A stretch of 64,000 bases of DNA, from contig OZ316776.1 in assembly GCA_973851085.1 (NCBI GenBank), positions 3,410,001 through 3,474,000 of the forward strand, read 5' to 3'. The notes beneath the pieces are model-generated. The model saw only the letters and a program-made list of their open reading frames with translations, ran no database searches and was not told where the DNA came from. Source of the stretch: Ptychomitrium polyphyllum (Eukaryota). Numbering within the stretch: the first letter of the stretch is position 1; each line of letters opens with the position of its first letter. The translations under genes and the position numbers were made by a program. This document shows, piece after piece, positions 1-13,543 of the stretch.

Positions 1-564
1 TATGTGGATAACCATGTAGACACTTGCATGCTTTAATGTCTTGTGTAAATAAACAATGCATTGTTTCCTTGTAAGTTATGGATTTGGAACTTTGATAGAA
101 AGTATGGGATTTAAAAACAGTATGGAGAATAATGATAGGAACTCTTTAGATTGATTTGCATTTCAACATAGACCAATTTATTTCCCTTTTTTTACTCTAA
201 GAGAAATTTTACCATGAGTTTGTTAAAACTTTCTTCTTTAAACCAACCTTTCAGATAACCTACTCTAGTATTGTCTTGCCATAACATGCACGCAAATAAA
301 AAATAAAATATACTAGTATCTCTTTCAAGGTTCCAAAATGCAGAGCCACCTTTTGAACTGGTCAAAGAATGTTATAGCAATATGTGAAAGCACTGGAAAT
401 GAGAGTTCAGTATGTCATGACTTACTGTATTGTCACAGGTAAAAGCGTCCCAGTAACATAATAATACGAAAGGGTAATAAAATCATCACTTTTGTGTAAG
501 AAAACACGTAACTAACTAATTGATTCGAACAAGACGACATGTTTAGACTATTCATGCTGATTCG

Positions 565-726
565 TGAAGCATCATCATCTGAACTCTTCTGCATGCAGCT
601 GCCCCCAAATTCTAGCTTGGTTACATGTCACTGTCAAAATATTCTGCTGTTGTCTGCGTCCTTCAGGGTTTCTGAACTCCCTGCTAAACAGCTCCTAAAT
701 TTGTGGTTTTACTGGAGGAAGGGTGA
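565..726 (+). repeat. Left arm of diverged ~160-bp inverted repeat (partner 2819-2983)
   Basis: TGAAGCATCATCA..GAACTCTTCTGCATGCAGCTGCC..CATGTCACTGTCAAAA..ATTTGTGGTTTTACTG aligns along its length to the reverse complement of 2819-2983. Confidence 0.85.
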
Positions 727-2818
727 TTAATTTACCATTTATCAGACTTTGGAGATACTGTATGGGAAAGGCAGCGTAGGACACAGAAAAGTTATGACAT
801 ACTTTACCCTCAACTTTCAAAATGATTTCTTTTTAAAGTTTAAGCGCTTTGGATACCTTGTTAAACTCGTTTGAGATTTAAAAATATTCTTTATTTTTGG
901 ATTTTGGCTTTACATACTCCTATGGTAAGGAATAAGTTTGACCAAAAAAATAAAATAAAATGTAGTTTTTGTTATTATTATTATAATTAATTTGTGGATA
1001 GATTCCAAAGTTTGCTTAGTTACCTTTCATGTAGGATATATTCTTGCTCAATTAATTTCGTGTAGCATTCTTTATAGACCCATGGAATATCCTTTCAAGG
1101 GAGGAGGAAAGGAACATAGAATAACTTCTTTCAAAAGCATAATTTCATCCCTTGAAAATAAATTTATTACAAAGTTCAATCAAAGCTTGAAACCATCTAT
1201 GATCTCCACTCATCAATTTTGACTTTCACATTCATTGACTTATTATCATACATTGATTATAGTTTGGCTTAATATTATATACGTTTCAAGACAAAAGAAA
1301 GTATCTTTAGTTGTTGATAATGTCATTCTAGAATGAAATTACATTTTTTTTATATAAAAATGAGGACTAAAGACCATCTTTGAATTTTATTGAGGACTTT
1401 AAAGACCATCAAATCCAGATCTTTTTGGCAACTAATTTTTTGATAACACAATGATAGTTTATATTTGATTTTGGATTACACATTTGAAGTTGGTTCTACT
1501 AATATTGTTTTTACGTATGAATCAAATATCTTGATTCATAACCAATATTTGGAAAATAAATAATAAAAAGAAACATACAAATCATCTATTTTGAGAATTG
1601 ATACATTTTTATTTCAATTTTATTAACTTTTGCACTGTTATGATTTCATTGTATTTATAAAAAGTTCTTCAAAATATTGAAATAAAATTGCTAATATAAC
1701 ACTTAATCCTTTCATTAGTAAATTGTTTGCAATTTTATTGGATTTAGCACTTATTAATCCATAAGATCTACAAAAATGGTATCTTTTCAATAAATTTTTG
1801 TAATAATTACACGTATGCTATATATAGATTTTCTAAAGTTCTCAATGTATCCTAGACTTTATTTAGTTTTTTCATTGAATTTTGAAATAAATTGCCTTTG
1901 TAAACACTTTATTTCAAGAGTTTATTTGAACATGTGAAATTTTTGTTCATGAAAAGATAAACTATAGTAAAATGAAATTTAATTGATGTAAAATATTCAT
2001 CAATGATCTAACACCTGTAGAATTAACCTCAAACTTTAGATTCATTTATTGGAATACAAGGAATAAACTTCATTAAGTCTAGATAGGTTTGAAGCCTCAA
2101 ACAAGAATTTTGAATTTGGTTAGCCAATTCACATATTAAAAAGTTGGTACTTCTCTTTCTTTAAATAGCCATTAATAAAATCTGATTTCTGCCAGATTTC
2201 GCCACATTCTTTTACGGAAGCAGCTACGTTTTTCAAAGAAGAACCCCAACTTATGATTGTAAGTCAAATTTTTCATCAGGTGTTTCTGCTGTTAGTAAGT
2301 TTGACTAGCCAGATGAAATGGGAAACGAACAAAACTGAGCTGCTGGAATTAATGTGATTACTTATAATTTGTAAGGATAGAATTTTAATAAAGGATTAAG
2401 ACCATTCTTGTATAATGATTGCCCTACCAAGTACATAGAATATGTTGTAAAAGAGATTGACGGTGACACTATTGGCCCAGAATTCCCTCAGTGTGACCCC
2501 TTGCCAAGCCATCATTGTGGTTCAAATAGCAATCGATCAGTTGGCTATGACTAACCATGGTTGTAAACATACTGTAGTGATAACCTTGCAGTTCATACCC
2601 AGAGAGCCAGGTTTTGTTTCTCGGTGTGAATGAGTTCAGCCCGGATATGACTATTTTACCAGTGCAGATTCCAGAACACTTCTATCATGTTTATTGACTT
2701 ACTCATTTAAGAAATTCACATACCTTGAAAATGACTCCGATTGCAAGTTGTAGTGAAATAGCAGAACAAAATGGGAAGCAGAATAGCAGACTACAATATC
2801 ATAATCTTGCATACTATG

Positions 2819-2983
2819 TCACCTTTGCTTCAGTAAAACCACAAATGTAGGAACTGGTTGGCAAGGCGCTTCAGGTAACTCTGAAGGACTCATATGAGAG
2901 CAGAGCATTTTTGACAGTGACATGCAACCAAGCCTGAGTTTGGAGGCAGCTGCATGCAGAAGAGTTCCAGTGATGATGCTTCA
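2819..2983 (-). repeat. Right arm of diverged inverted repeat (partner 565-726)
   Basis: CAGTAAAACCACAAAT..TTTTGACAGTGACATG..GGCAGCTGCATGCAGAAGAGTTC..TGATGATGCTTCA is the reverse complement of blocks in 565-726. Confidence 0.85.
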
Positions 2984-5767
2984 GTGTGTAACTTACAGTC
3001 CAAACATTTGGCCTTTTTCTTACTTACGTTGATAAGTTAGCACTCGACTTAGTAAAGTTGGCAAACAACCACTGCAACAAGTAATGCACCTTTCAAAAAC
3101 GTTTTATAATCTCCCAACAGTTTTTGGTGGATAGATAATAAAGTTTGAAGATCAATGCAAGTAAGAACATGTTTTTAAATAAACTTTGAGTTAGTTATGA
3201 ATTTTAAAAGGATATTTTTGGTAGATCATTTCATTAATCACATAAATAACAATAAGTAAGTACCATCTATTATAAAATTTGCACAATCACTATTATTAAA
3301 TTTGAATATGGCCATGTACTTCGAAAGATTTCTTCATAAATTTGGCCATTTGTACTATGCAATTATATGCTTATAACTCTCACTTTCACACTACTTTCAA
3401 CCAATTATAGTGCTTTATTCCATTTGAGCGTTTTCAAGGCCAACAACCACCATTTTAATGTGCCATCATTACTAGCAATTATTTTAATCACACTTAATGG
3501 TAGTCATATTATCAAGTTATTTTCTCACCTATGTTTTATTAGCTGTTATCTTTAGTGGCTATTAAGGTGTCTTTGATGGCAATTATTAATCTTTTTATAG
3601 TTGGTAATTATACAAAAAAATAATTATAGGCAATGTACTTTAACTATAATTCATTTTAATTTCTATAGTTTTAAAGTTTCAAAGGCAAAAGTCATGTTTA
3701 TAGTAAACTTATCTATAAAACTAAAACATTGGAATTAAATGCCATATTCCAATTACAATTTCCAATATAAAATGTAGTTAAATTTTCAAAAATAAAAGAA
3801 TGGAATATTAAATTAGTATATGTTATTTTAAATACTTTATAAATTAACCCTCTTGTGTAAATATTAAGAGTTCTTATAGGTGATTATATTTATTATACTT
3901 CAAATATTAAAATTCTTTTCAAAAGTAGTTGTAGAAATCATTTGTAACTTTGACAGTATTTAATTTTGTAAGATACAATCACTCTTCAATATAAAACTAC
4001 AAGTAATATTTAACATTTTAAGCATTGATAAATTTCAAAATGATTTGTAACAATAGTCTAAAATTGGAACAAAGAGTGCTATTATTTGTATAAGCTCTTA
4101 AAACGTTCAAAAATTGAATTATGTCATTGAACTACTTTATATTATTACTAAAATCAATAATCATTTAAGATTGTAGTATACAAGAAGGGCATATTTAGAA
4201 TAGGATATTCAATCAAAATTCTTCTTATTGTTCTTACATATTTCAAATGCATAATTTATTCAAGAAAATGTTGCTATTGTAATACAAAGAAACTATTGTA
4301 AAACATTCATGAAACTTTTCTATAACCTATTGGATCCATAACCTTGTAGACTACCACCTATATCCTTGAAAGAATTATTGTTTTCATCCAAATTTTTTTT
4401 GAGTACTTTGGATTGGTTATGTTTCATAATTACTTAGGAATGCCATTACGTAAGGCAATATCCTATAAGACTCAATAGAATAAAGAATGCATATCTAAGA
4501 TAAAAATTGCACCCAAAACTGACACTGTACCTATAACCGACACTATTTCTTGAATTCGTACAATTCACTTCATGGAATCTACACTGAATGCAGATACTGT
4601 TTCTGTATCTGGAAACCAACATTATCAACGCAGAATATAGATTTCATGACGTGAATGTGATTCAGGGAGATAGTGTCGGTTTTTTGGGACAGTGACGGTT
4701 TTGAGTATGCATACTAGTCTCGGCTTACCTTTCGAAAGCGCAGCGAACTGCGAAGGATGGAAGGATGCCTGGCACTGAATGCCGATACTGATACACAGCC
4801 CGAGTTATATCCGGTGTTCATGAAAGAATGGTCTCAATAGCAGGCATATCTCAGGCCCAGTCGTCTGTTATTCCAAAGCACCTCGCCGCCTCACCCTCGA
4901 GCAACGGCAACTGGAGTCAGGAGTGCATACCCGGCGATAAATAGGGTATCACCCGGGGATTCGTCGTCGTTGTCGTTCTCCTTTGGAAACGATATCATAG
5001 CTCGGGGTGTTTTGTTTCGAGGACAGTCCTTGCATTGTACTCTGTCATCGTCGTCCGCTCGAGCTCTCGAGCTCTAGGACCCTCGTTCCTTCCAGGTTGC
5101 GCTTCCAAGCCGCCACTGCACTTGTAGCTAGCGCCTCCCTTAGGCACCTTCTTTGCGGTGGCACGTCGCGGAAGGAGCACCTGCTTTCAACTCGCACTTG
5201 TAGGAGTATCCTCTTTATCTGTTTGGACGACTGATGATATTTCATTGATTGAAAGTCATGTGTTCTGGTGTGCTGATGGATCGTTTGAGAGGCGCGTGCG
5301 TAGATTAGAGCATCACATTAGCTTCTCGAGTTAAGTTAGTTTGTCGTTTCGGTCGGTGGCGGATTCTTGCGAGTTCTTGAAATTATGAGGATAGCCCTTT
5401 AGTGATCACTGTTATAGGAATTCAGTAGAGATTGGCTGTGAGCGCGAGACACGTGCTGTTAACAAACTTGTTTGAAGCCATGGAAGTTTCGGTGAGGTGT
5501 GTTAATGAGCGTCATTACGATTGTTAGTGTAGGTCTTTCGTTTCTGATACGATGTGTCAGTGGCTTTGCTTAAGAGATTCAGTGACGCCGATTGATTTTT
5601 CCGTAGGATTCTCTGGCTGAGTTAGGAAGTGTAGATGAATAAGTTGCACAGTTTTGATAGCATGGATATGCTTGGGATTGCTGTAATTCAGGGGGAGCGG
5701 GCCAGGTGCGCGGAGTAATTGCTATTGGTAGTGTAAGCGTTAGGTGAAGCTGACTAAGGATTTTGCC

Positions 5768-8700
5768 ATGAGTTCAAGAAGTTCCAGAAGATTATCAGGT
5801 TTGTGCGCCTCTGAGGGCCTTCCGCAGCTTCCACCGAGAAAGCGGCCTGGGTACTGGTCAACACCAGCACAGCCTTCTGTGAACTGCGCGAATGCGTCTT
5901 CTATTGAAGTATCTTTGCTGGCTCTTGCTGAGTTTCCATCTGTTAAGGACTCTGGTGCAGTATTTGATCAAACTTTCCGCAAGAAGAGGAAATGCGTTCT
6001 GCTAGAAGGTGATATGAAGGGAGCCGAGCAGGTCACTCGCGATCTTTGTACCAGTTTCCAAAACGTGGAGTCGACGGATCCCCGGAAAATAGATGTCGTG
6101 CCTCGGAGGAGCACCAGTAGTTCTTCGAGCGGGCCACAGAGCGGCACTACTTCTGAAGAGGCTTCGAAGCGTCATATTAATGATATGAACAACCCCGCGG
6201 ATACAGTCAGAAGTGCAGCTGAGCTCTTGACACGGCTGACATGCGGACAAAACATTGACATCAAGGGCCAGTCTCTAAGCGTCACCTCCTGCACTCCATA
6301 CTCACGAGACGCTCGGCAAGGGCTGGAACTGCCAATTCGCTGGGGGGTGAGGAAGAAAGTCTCTTACGAGAACAGGAGAGGTGTGGACTCATGCGATCTT
6401 AGCTTATGCACAGGGTTGATACGTAGATTTTCGTACGATCAAGAGAAAAGTTCCGCTGCACTGCCAGCCCGCGCACCGGATCAGAAGAGTGGGAACGCTT
6501 TTGAGTTCAGCGGCCACCAGGACTTACAGATTACCGCGACGAGATGGGATCAGTCGACATCGCCAGGTTATCCAGATTCATCGCAGTTTCACAGAGACCT
6601 GGAATCATCAGGCGAAGCGGGTATGAGTTCCCGGCTTCAGTTAACAGGGGTGACTCCTCAGGGACCGAAAGAAAGGCGGAATAAAACACCCTCGACCAGT
6701 CGGACATGTCCGGGATATATTCTTAGGTTGCCCAGAGAAATGCAAGGCCGATGGTCTTCTGAGAGGTTCGTAGACGACTCATACATGCAAGTTCTTGCAA
6801 CTTGAAACAGGCAGTTCGTTGCCCCAGGTTGTGTGTGTTTCTGTGTTTCTGAGCGCAGGTCATAATAATTTGTGGGGCAAAGAACGTTCCTCTCTCTGTA
6901 CATGTATTTTCGAGGTTTTTTCATTTAGTTATTTCCGGTTAGCGACCATCGAGTCTTCCTGTTCATGATAGTACAGGAATAATTTATAGAATTCGTAGGC
7001 CTTGCAATTCAATTACCGGATCAGTACTGCATTCGAGAGTTACTGCATTTAACTTCGTATCTAATTTTCACAAGAGTTCTACTTATCTGCTTATAAATTG
7101 AGAGGAGTCGAAACTCAGTATGGTTCCAAAATAGTTTGTCGAAACATTCACCGACTTAATGGTAACATGCTATGATTACCATTTCACCATCTGGCATGGC
7201 ACACACAATTGATCGATTGTTAGAAGTAGCCAGGAAGCCTTACTAGGGTGTATGTGTTTACGTCATGTCATTGAAATCTTGCTTCTTCATTCGACGAGAA
7301 TATTCTTGCAGGTACAAAACAGCGCAGCTGAAGCTCATTGATATCATGCATGCTCGGAAGGCTGTACCCGGAAAACCTATCCTGAGGCCTGCTTTACGCG
7401 AGGAAGCAAGAAAGCACATTGGTGACACTGGATTGCTTGATCATCTACTGAAACATATGACTAATACCGTCGTAAGTACAGGCGAACGGTTTCGTCGTAG
7501 ACACAACTCTGAGGGAGCAATGGAATATTGGCTCGAGCATCCAAGCTTGATGGATTTGAGAAAAGCAGCTGGCATAGAGGATCCATCGTGGATTCCTCCA
7601 CTGGGATGGAAAGTTGGTGACAAGCTCCCAGACCGGAATTGGCAATTAAATCATGGTCTGACTACATCTGAAGCTGCTGAGATGAAGAATCTAAAGGAGA
7701 TGGTTGAGAGTCTGAAGAGGTAAATAATTTGGGCTTTAATCAATCATTTCTCTATGAACAGGTCACAATATCATGGATCACAGTTGTGCAGCTTTTGTGC
7801 CCTGATGAGTTTGACACCGTGAAGCTGTTTTTCAGTGAAATGAAAGTTCTCTGTGGGAGCATCAAGGTGTCTAACCAGAGGGGTGTATTTACCGGCCTGA
7901 GTGTCTCTCACCAACAACCATTAGAAGACACAATTGAAAGAGCTGATGAGGAAGGGGATCCAACGCAGGTGAGCTTGTATATCTTGAATGATACATTCAG
8001 TTCACTAAACCAGCTTATTCATATCCCAGTTACTAATTTATTTGTTCCAGCTTCTTCCAGAGAAACTACATAAAAATTGAATCCATTATTAGATACATAG
8101 TCTCGCCCAGCAGCATAATTTGCAATGACATATCTTCCGACTTGCTTGAATGTAGATGCCCCTTGACAATCATTTGACTCACTTGAATTTGGCTAGATTC
8201 ATTGTGATCATTTCTATAAATTGTGGTAGTTTAGCCATGTACACCAGCTTCTAGGCGCAGCCCACAGATTAGTGTCACAATGTGCGACATTTGACATTGG
8301 CATAGTCAACTTTCTTGACAGGGAATTAGAAAGGATATGATTCAGTTTAAAACCGATCTGACCAATATGGAGCAGCAGTTGCATCAAAAACGCAATTCAG
8401 GGTAAGGAAATCTTATTAGGATCAATAAGCATAAGTTGTCTGTAGCAAAATTCTAACCACTTTAAAAACCTCATTACTAAGGAAGGAATACCCTCACCTG
8501 CCCTACATTTTTGTAGAGAGTTCCTCACCAGCACAGGGTTCGAGCGTTCGGATAGACAAGGGTTCGAGTCAGTAAAGACCGAATAGACATTTTAATTTTA
8601 GGATTCAAGTCGGTAAACGAGCCTGTACAAGCTAATACGTTTCTAGAATCAATGTTTCACACACTAAGTAAGCACTTTACTGACTCGTAAACCTGGTGAA

Positions 8701-9932
8701 ATGACAGCGCTCACGTCGGCCTGGAGATTGCCGTGGAGGGGTTTCAAAAGGTTGAGAGTGAAGTACTACAGATGCATGTGGTACGCTTCACCCTTATTCA
8801 CAAAACACTTCAAAATTAATTCAGCCTTCATATCTAAATACAGTGGAAGTATATCCAAATTAACTTGGTAATGTGGTCACTCTGGTTTCAGATCAACTGC
8901 AATCGTATGCTTCTTACACGATGGAAATACGATTTCGCAGTCTGAAACAACGAGAGTTTGACTGCTTAACTTACATTGTGGATATGCGTGTCAACAGGAC
9001 TGCATACCAGAAAAAGAAATTTCTTTAATATCCGGCTACCAAGTTGACCTCGAAGGCCAGCTACAAGATGTCCGCAATACTGTTGCTGTGATGCAGGTAA
9101 TTAATTTTCAATTTAGTTTTGATTTCTATCTTCGCTAATTTACTTCAGCACCAAAATGTTACTGTGCTTCCTGATGTAAAGTGATTCCGAGAAGATTTTC
9201 AATACATACACTTGCTGGAAGTTAATTAAGACGGAAGGAGTTGAAGTCTGTTGGCATTGAATCCATAATATGCTGCTCTAGACTCTATTTTAAAGGCGCA
9301 TGTACCGTTCTGCCCTTAGGTAATGACGCATGTTGCTGGATCTAAAACTGCAGGCGGATGTCAGCGACATCATTAAAATGCTTGGAATTGTACCACCCAT
9401 CAAGGCCACACCCGTGCGATATCCACTTGATCCAAGCACGCCTGGATACCCCACGACCCTCATGCTGCCAACAGGGGATGGCTCCGGCATGCCCTACAAA
9501 GCGTCACCTGAATCTCAATCTCCAGGAACTTCAGAACCGGTACTCCACGATTTCTTGATCCCAAAGCTCATCGATGCTCCCATGAGACAGTGTTCAACTT
9601 TGAAGAACGTATTGGATCAATGCAGCAACGGTGGTACTATGATGGGGAATTCCATCCCTTACACAGATGGACTTTCACAGGCTCTCTCTAATTACAAACT
9701 TGTGAATAACACCGATCTTTTCTCAGCAGGTTTCCCCGTCGACGAGAAAAAAAAGCTGACTGAGAGCTCTATATCTACATACGAGCATGTGCCCTCGATG
9801 GCGGCGAATTGGAAGCAGACAAGAGCTCCAACTTTTAAGCCCATTTTTGCAGGCCAGCCTACGGGGTTCAGACTCTGCCGCCCTCCTGGCAGTTTTTTAT
9901 GGCCCGGTGCGATGAACTACACTCCAAATTGA
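5768..9932 (+). CDS. DYAD: DYAD/SWITCH1/AMEIOTIC1-like meiotic protein; exons approx. 5768-6765, 7312-7719, 7836-7968, 8322-8401, 8708-8750, 8998-9096, 9354-9932
   Basis: Spliced core RWSSERYKTAQLKLIDIM..PILRPALREEARKHIGDTGLLDHLLKHM..RFRRRHNSEGAMEYWLE is the DYAD/AM1 conserved domain. GT-AG junctions keep frame. Start codon and the small middle exons are less certain. Confidence 0.85.
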
Positions 9933-10339
9933 AACGTAAGATCGAGATATCCAAATGCCCAACCGCCAGCCAAGGTCATCTGCATTAGGATATTCTTGTG
10001 AAACTAAATTCCTAGGCTTTATCGAATCACAGACAGAACTTGTGTAATTGTTTGGTAAACTTGGTTGTCGAGGCATCGCTGTTGCTCTGCGGCTGTGTTT
10101 GGGTTCTTAATTTGGAACAGAAGATCTGACTACGGCGCTCATGATGAGCATGAGTGGCATGCTTGAGAGCTTTGATCAAACAAGAGCATACTGAAATTCA
10201 GAGGGGAATTTGCAAGTGGGGTTGAACAATGAAAGTGTAACTCGTCTTACTGCAATACAGAAACACAGTAATAATTGATATTACAGTTTCTACTCCAAAA
10301 CTTATTAGCATTAAAAAGCAAAATCTGCACTTAAATGCA

Positions 10340-11260
10340 CTACAAATTAGTACTAATGTTAACGCACAATAAATTTCCACCATAACCAAATTCTGTCGCT
10401 GATGAAATCTTTATTCGGGAGCCCGCCAGTTCTGTAAACCAGTTACTACCTGCATTCGTGGCCGTCGTTGTCTCCTCGGGTACATCAGAGTCAACTGCCT
10501 CCTCGGGTAGGGCTGGAATCTGCAACGGCAGGAAACCTCCCCCTATACGAATGCTATTTCGTACGCTGCTCTATACTCTGTGCAAGCGCAGTTCCACCAA
10601 CTGCATCAATTGGTCATGAAGACACTGTATCAGAGTCCTGATCCTCCACACTGTCCTCCACCTCAGCCTCTCCACAAATCCTGTCTACCTGCTCCACTCG
10701 CGCCGATGGAGGGACCACAGCTGCAGCAGCTACATCGTTACTACATGAGAAATAATCGACCGGCCTGACGCTGAAGTGATTGAGTTTTAACAAGAGGCAC
10801 AAACCAAAAGTCTGCATAATTGCAATAGAAGAGAAAATTGTGTTGTGCCACATCTCACCTAGATCACTAGAGATACCCTCCAGTGCCCGTGCCGAGGCTT
10901 CTCCAGGCACGTCCATAATCTCTTCACTCTCGTCAACACCTTCCGCTATGCCGAGGTCCCCTAAGTCGTACTCGTCACCTGAGACGACGAACCACTACCT
11001 GATATGTACAGGATCTTCTCAATTGCATGGTCATCATGAAACAAAGGCAGTAGACATATGGTGTATGCAAGCTAGCGTGAGCGTATAACGTCTAAAGGGA
11101 GGGAGACAGGAGTACCATAAATGAAATTATATACGGCTTCCAAATCTTTGTTTTGTTGCAGCTCTTCTTTCAATGCAGCTCCCCTAAAGATTTCCTAGGA
11201 GGGGGTATTTCCACGACGACCCTCGCACCTGCACAGTTGTTGTTTCTCTGAGCCATAGCT
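10340..11260 (-). pseudogene. Possible degraded or unknown gene encoding acidic low-complexity peptide segments
   Basis: Adjacent minus-strand open frames with D/E-rich protein-like text (GDEYDLGDLGIAEGVDESEEIMDVPGEAS; EAEVEDSVEDQDSD; LPEEAVDSDVPEET). I could not splice them into a consistent frame and do not recognise a family. Confidence 0.25.
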
Positions 11261-11529
11261 CCTGAAAACGTCAAGTATGAAAAAGATGATACAAAGAAGA
11301 AAAAATTGGAGGGTCTTGGCAGAAAAACACACCCTAGCGAACAGGTGATCTTGGATTCGCACGTAATCTACGCTGAGGAATGGCACTGCGGTACTTCCTT
11401 GAGGTATGTGGAGCAAAATTGAAACCCGACCTAGAGTCACAGCCAAGGACCACAATAAGAATGCACAATTTCAAAAGTTACCTGAGCTACCTACAGAGAG
11501 CACGGGAGCAGAGTCAATTGCAATTAAAG

Positions 11530-11900
11530 AGGCCAAAACAGCAAAGCTCGAGACGAGGCTGGGAATGGAAGAACCTGATGGTTGTGGAGAGTGGAGAAAG
11601 CATCTGCAGTCCTTAGGTACAGTTCATCCTGCAATCAATTGCACCAATTGTATTGTGCCCCATGCCCGCCTCAAGGTATGTATGTGGAACCAAACCCGAG
11701 CCACAACTGCAGCATAGCAGCAGAGGAGCACAACAGAGCTAGCTGGGATCAAACATAACTGCAAAAGAGGCATAAGGAGCAGAGCTGCAGATGGAAGAGC
11801 CTGAAGTTGTGGAGTGACAGGAGCCCCAGGCAGTCCTTATGTGCTCTCTCAGGTGCACCTTTGAATGGCCTGGGGCAATCTGCTACCGTTGCCTTCACTG
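11530..11900 (+). repeat. Diverged direct repeat copy 1 (partner ~13155-13543)
   Basis: Shared blocks include ATGCCCGCCTCAAGGTATGTATGT-GAACCAAACC, GAGCTAGCTGGGA, GAAGAGCCTGAAG, GAGTGACAGGAGCCC, GGCAGTCCT, TGCCTTCACTG. Confidence 0.85.
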
Positions 11901-13154
11901 GGTGCTTGTTCTTTATGGGCCATTAACATTCCTAGCTTTATGCACTCTTTCCAGGATTCTATAATTTTCAAAAACGTATCATGTAAGGACTGTTAAGTTT
12001 TAAAGGTTTGATTTGTTTCTCAAGTTTAAGGGGTAAAAATGCATGAAATTTAATTAAGTGCTTGCTACAAGAAGGATTGGTTCTTAATGAGCATCAATTG
12101 AAGTACATAGGTGCAAAGAAATGTGCATTCCAAATTTTGAGAAACTATGATGAGACTGGATGTTTGAAGATATTCAGACATATAAACGTGAATCTTACGT
12201 AACAGAATTGTTAAAGGACACTTGATTTTAGGAAATTACAATACTTTTCAACAAAATAGTTGCATTTGTATTCAAGTTCCACATGGTTTAGGGCTATACT
12301 TTTAGTGGAGTTTTAAAAAAAAAATCTTTAATGTTAATATTGCACATGAACTCAAATTACAAAATTTTGAGTTCTCACTAAAAGTTATCATTTTGGAATT
12401 CATGCATTCTATACAGGATGTTCAGCCGTATGCGTCCTGCACTTAACTGCAGGTTAAATAGGATGCATACAGTGACCAATGAGTGCTGAGAAGTGCAAGT
12501 GACCCCAGTGACAGGACTTCGCACTGCTTCATCAGCGAGCACAAATATATAGTATTCTACAGCATGCCCGCCGTGAGCAATCTAAGAACTTGTCCCTTCG
12601 GCCACTCTGATCTGTTCCACACACGACTATAGTACACAATTTGTAAGAGCTTGATTATTTACTTGTGGTTTTCTTGACTGATCATGAAGCTGGACACTTG
12701 CTGCAAATTAGGCAGAAATATCAAGTGCTGCAATACCATTCAGAGAGAAGAATGGATGTTTATGTGAACTCTGATAACAACAAACAGTTGATGGCAGTTG
12801 ATGCAAATCTCAACCACTTCAATAGGCTTGCCAAGTTCTTCAGTGAGTACAGTCCGAGAAGACATTGGAGGGAAACAATTCTAAGAAAACTCTCTTTTAG
12901 AAAGCATAAGATCATTGAGGAACGTTGCACAATAGTATTTAGTTGGGAATTTGTTGGTAAGGCTTTAAGTAATCTATCCTATCAGAGTCCAAGAACAAAT
13001 TATTTTGTTTAAAATTAAGTTGGTCTGGTTCTTTGAACTTTCTAATCCAAAATCCGGTTATTAAATAACTGAATTAAAAAAACTCCACTGCTTGAGCACA
13101 ATATGATTGCACAACGTAAGTAGCTACTACTGAGAAACCAGACTCAACTGCCAA

Positions 13155-13543
13155 CAAGGCAGGAGAAGAAAAGCTAGAGACTAGACCGAAGATGAAAAAA
13201 CCTGAAAGGTTGTGGAGAGAACGAAAGCCAATGCAGACCTCAAGCACGTACTAGAGTCACTTGCATCAGTTACTGTGCCCAATGCCCGCCTCAAGGTATG
13301 TATGTAGAACCAAACCGAGCCAAAACCACAACATAGTAGCAGAAGTGCAGAACAGAAGGTAGTTTCTGAGAGCTAGCTGGGAGTAAACTTAACTGCAAGA
13401 GAGACAAAAGGAACAGAGCTGGAGACAGAAGAGCCTGAAGGAAGTTGTAGAGTGACAGGAGCCCGAGGGCAGTCCTAATGTACTCTCTCCGCTGCACCTT
13501 TGATTGCAGGGCCTAGGATAATTTGCTAGTGCTGCCTTCACTG
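13155..13543 (+). repeat. Diverged direct repeat copy 2 (partner ~11530-11900)
   Basis: Same blocks in the same order as 11530-11900, with substitutions and small indels. Confidence 0.85.

Noticed and set aside
12665..13012. 115-aa ORF between the direct repeats as a retroelement protein
   Set aside because: GTG start and no gag, protease, RT or integrase motif recognisable.
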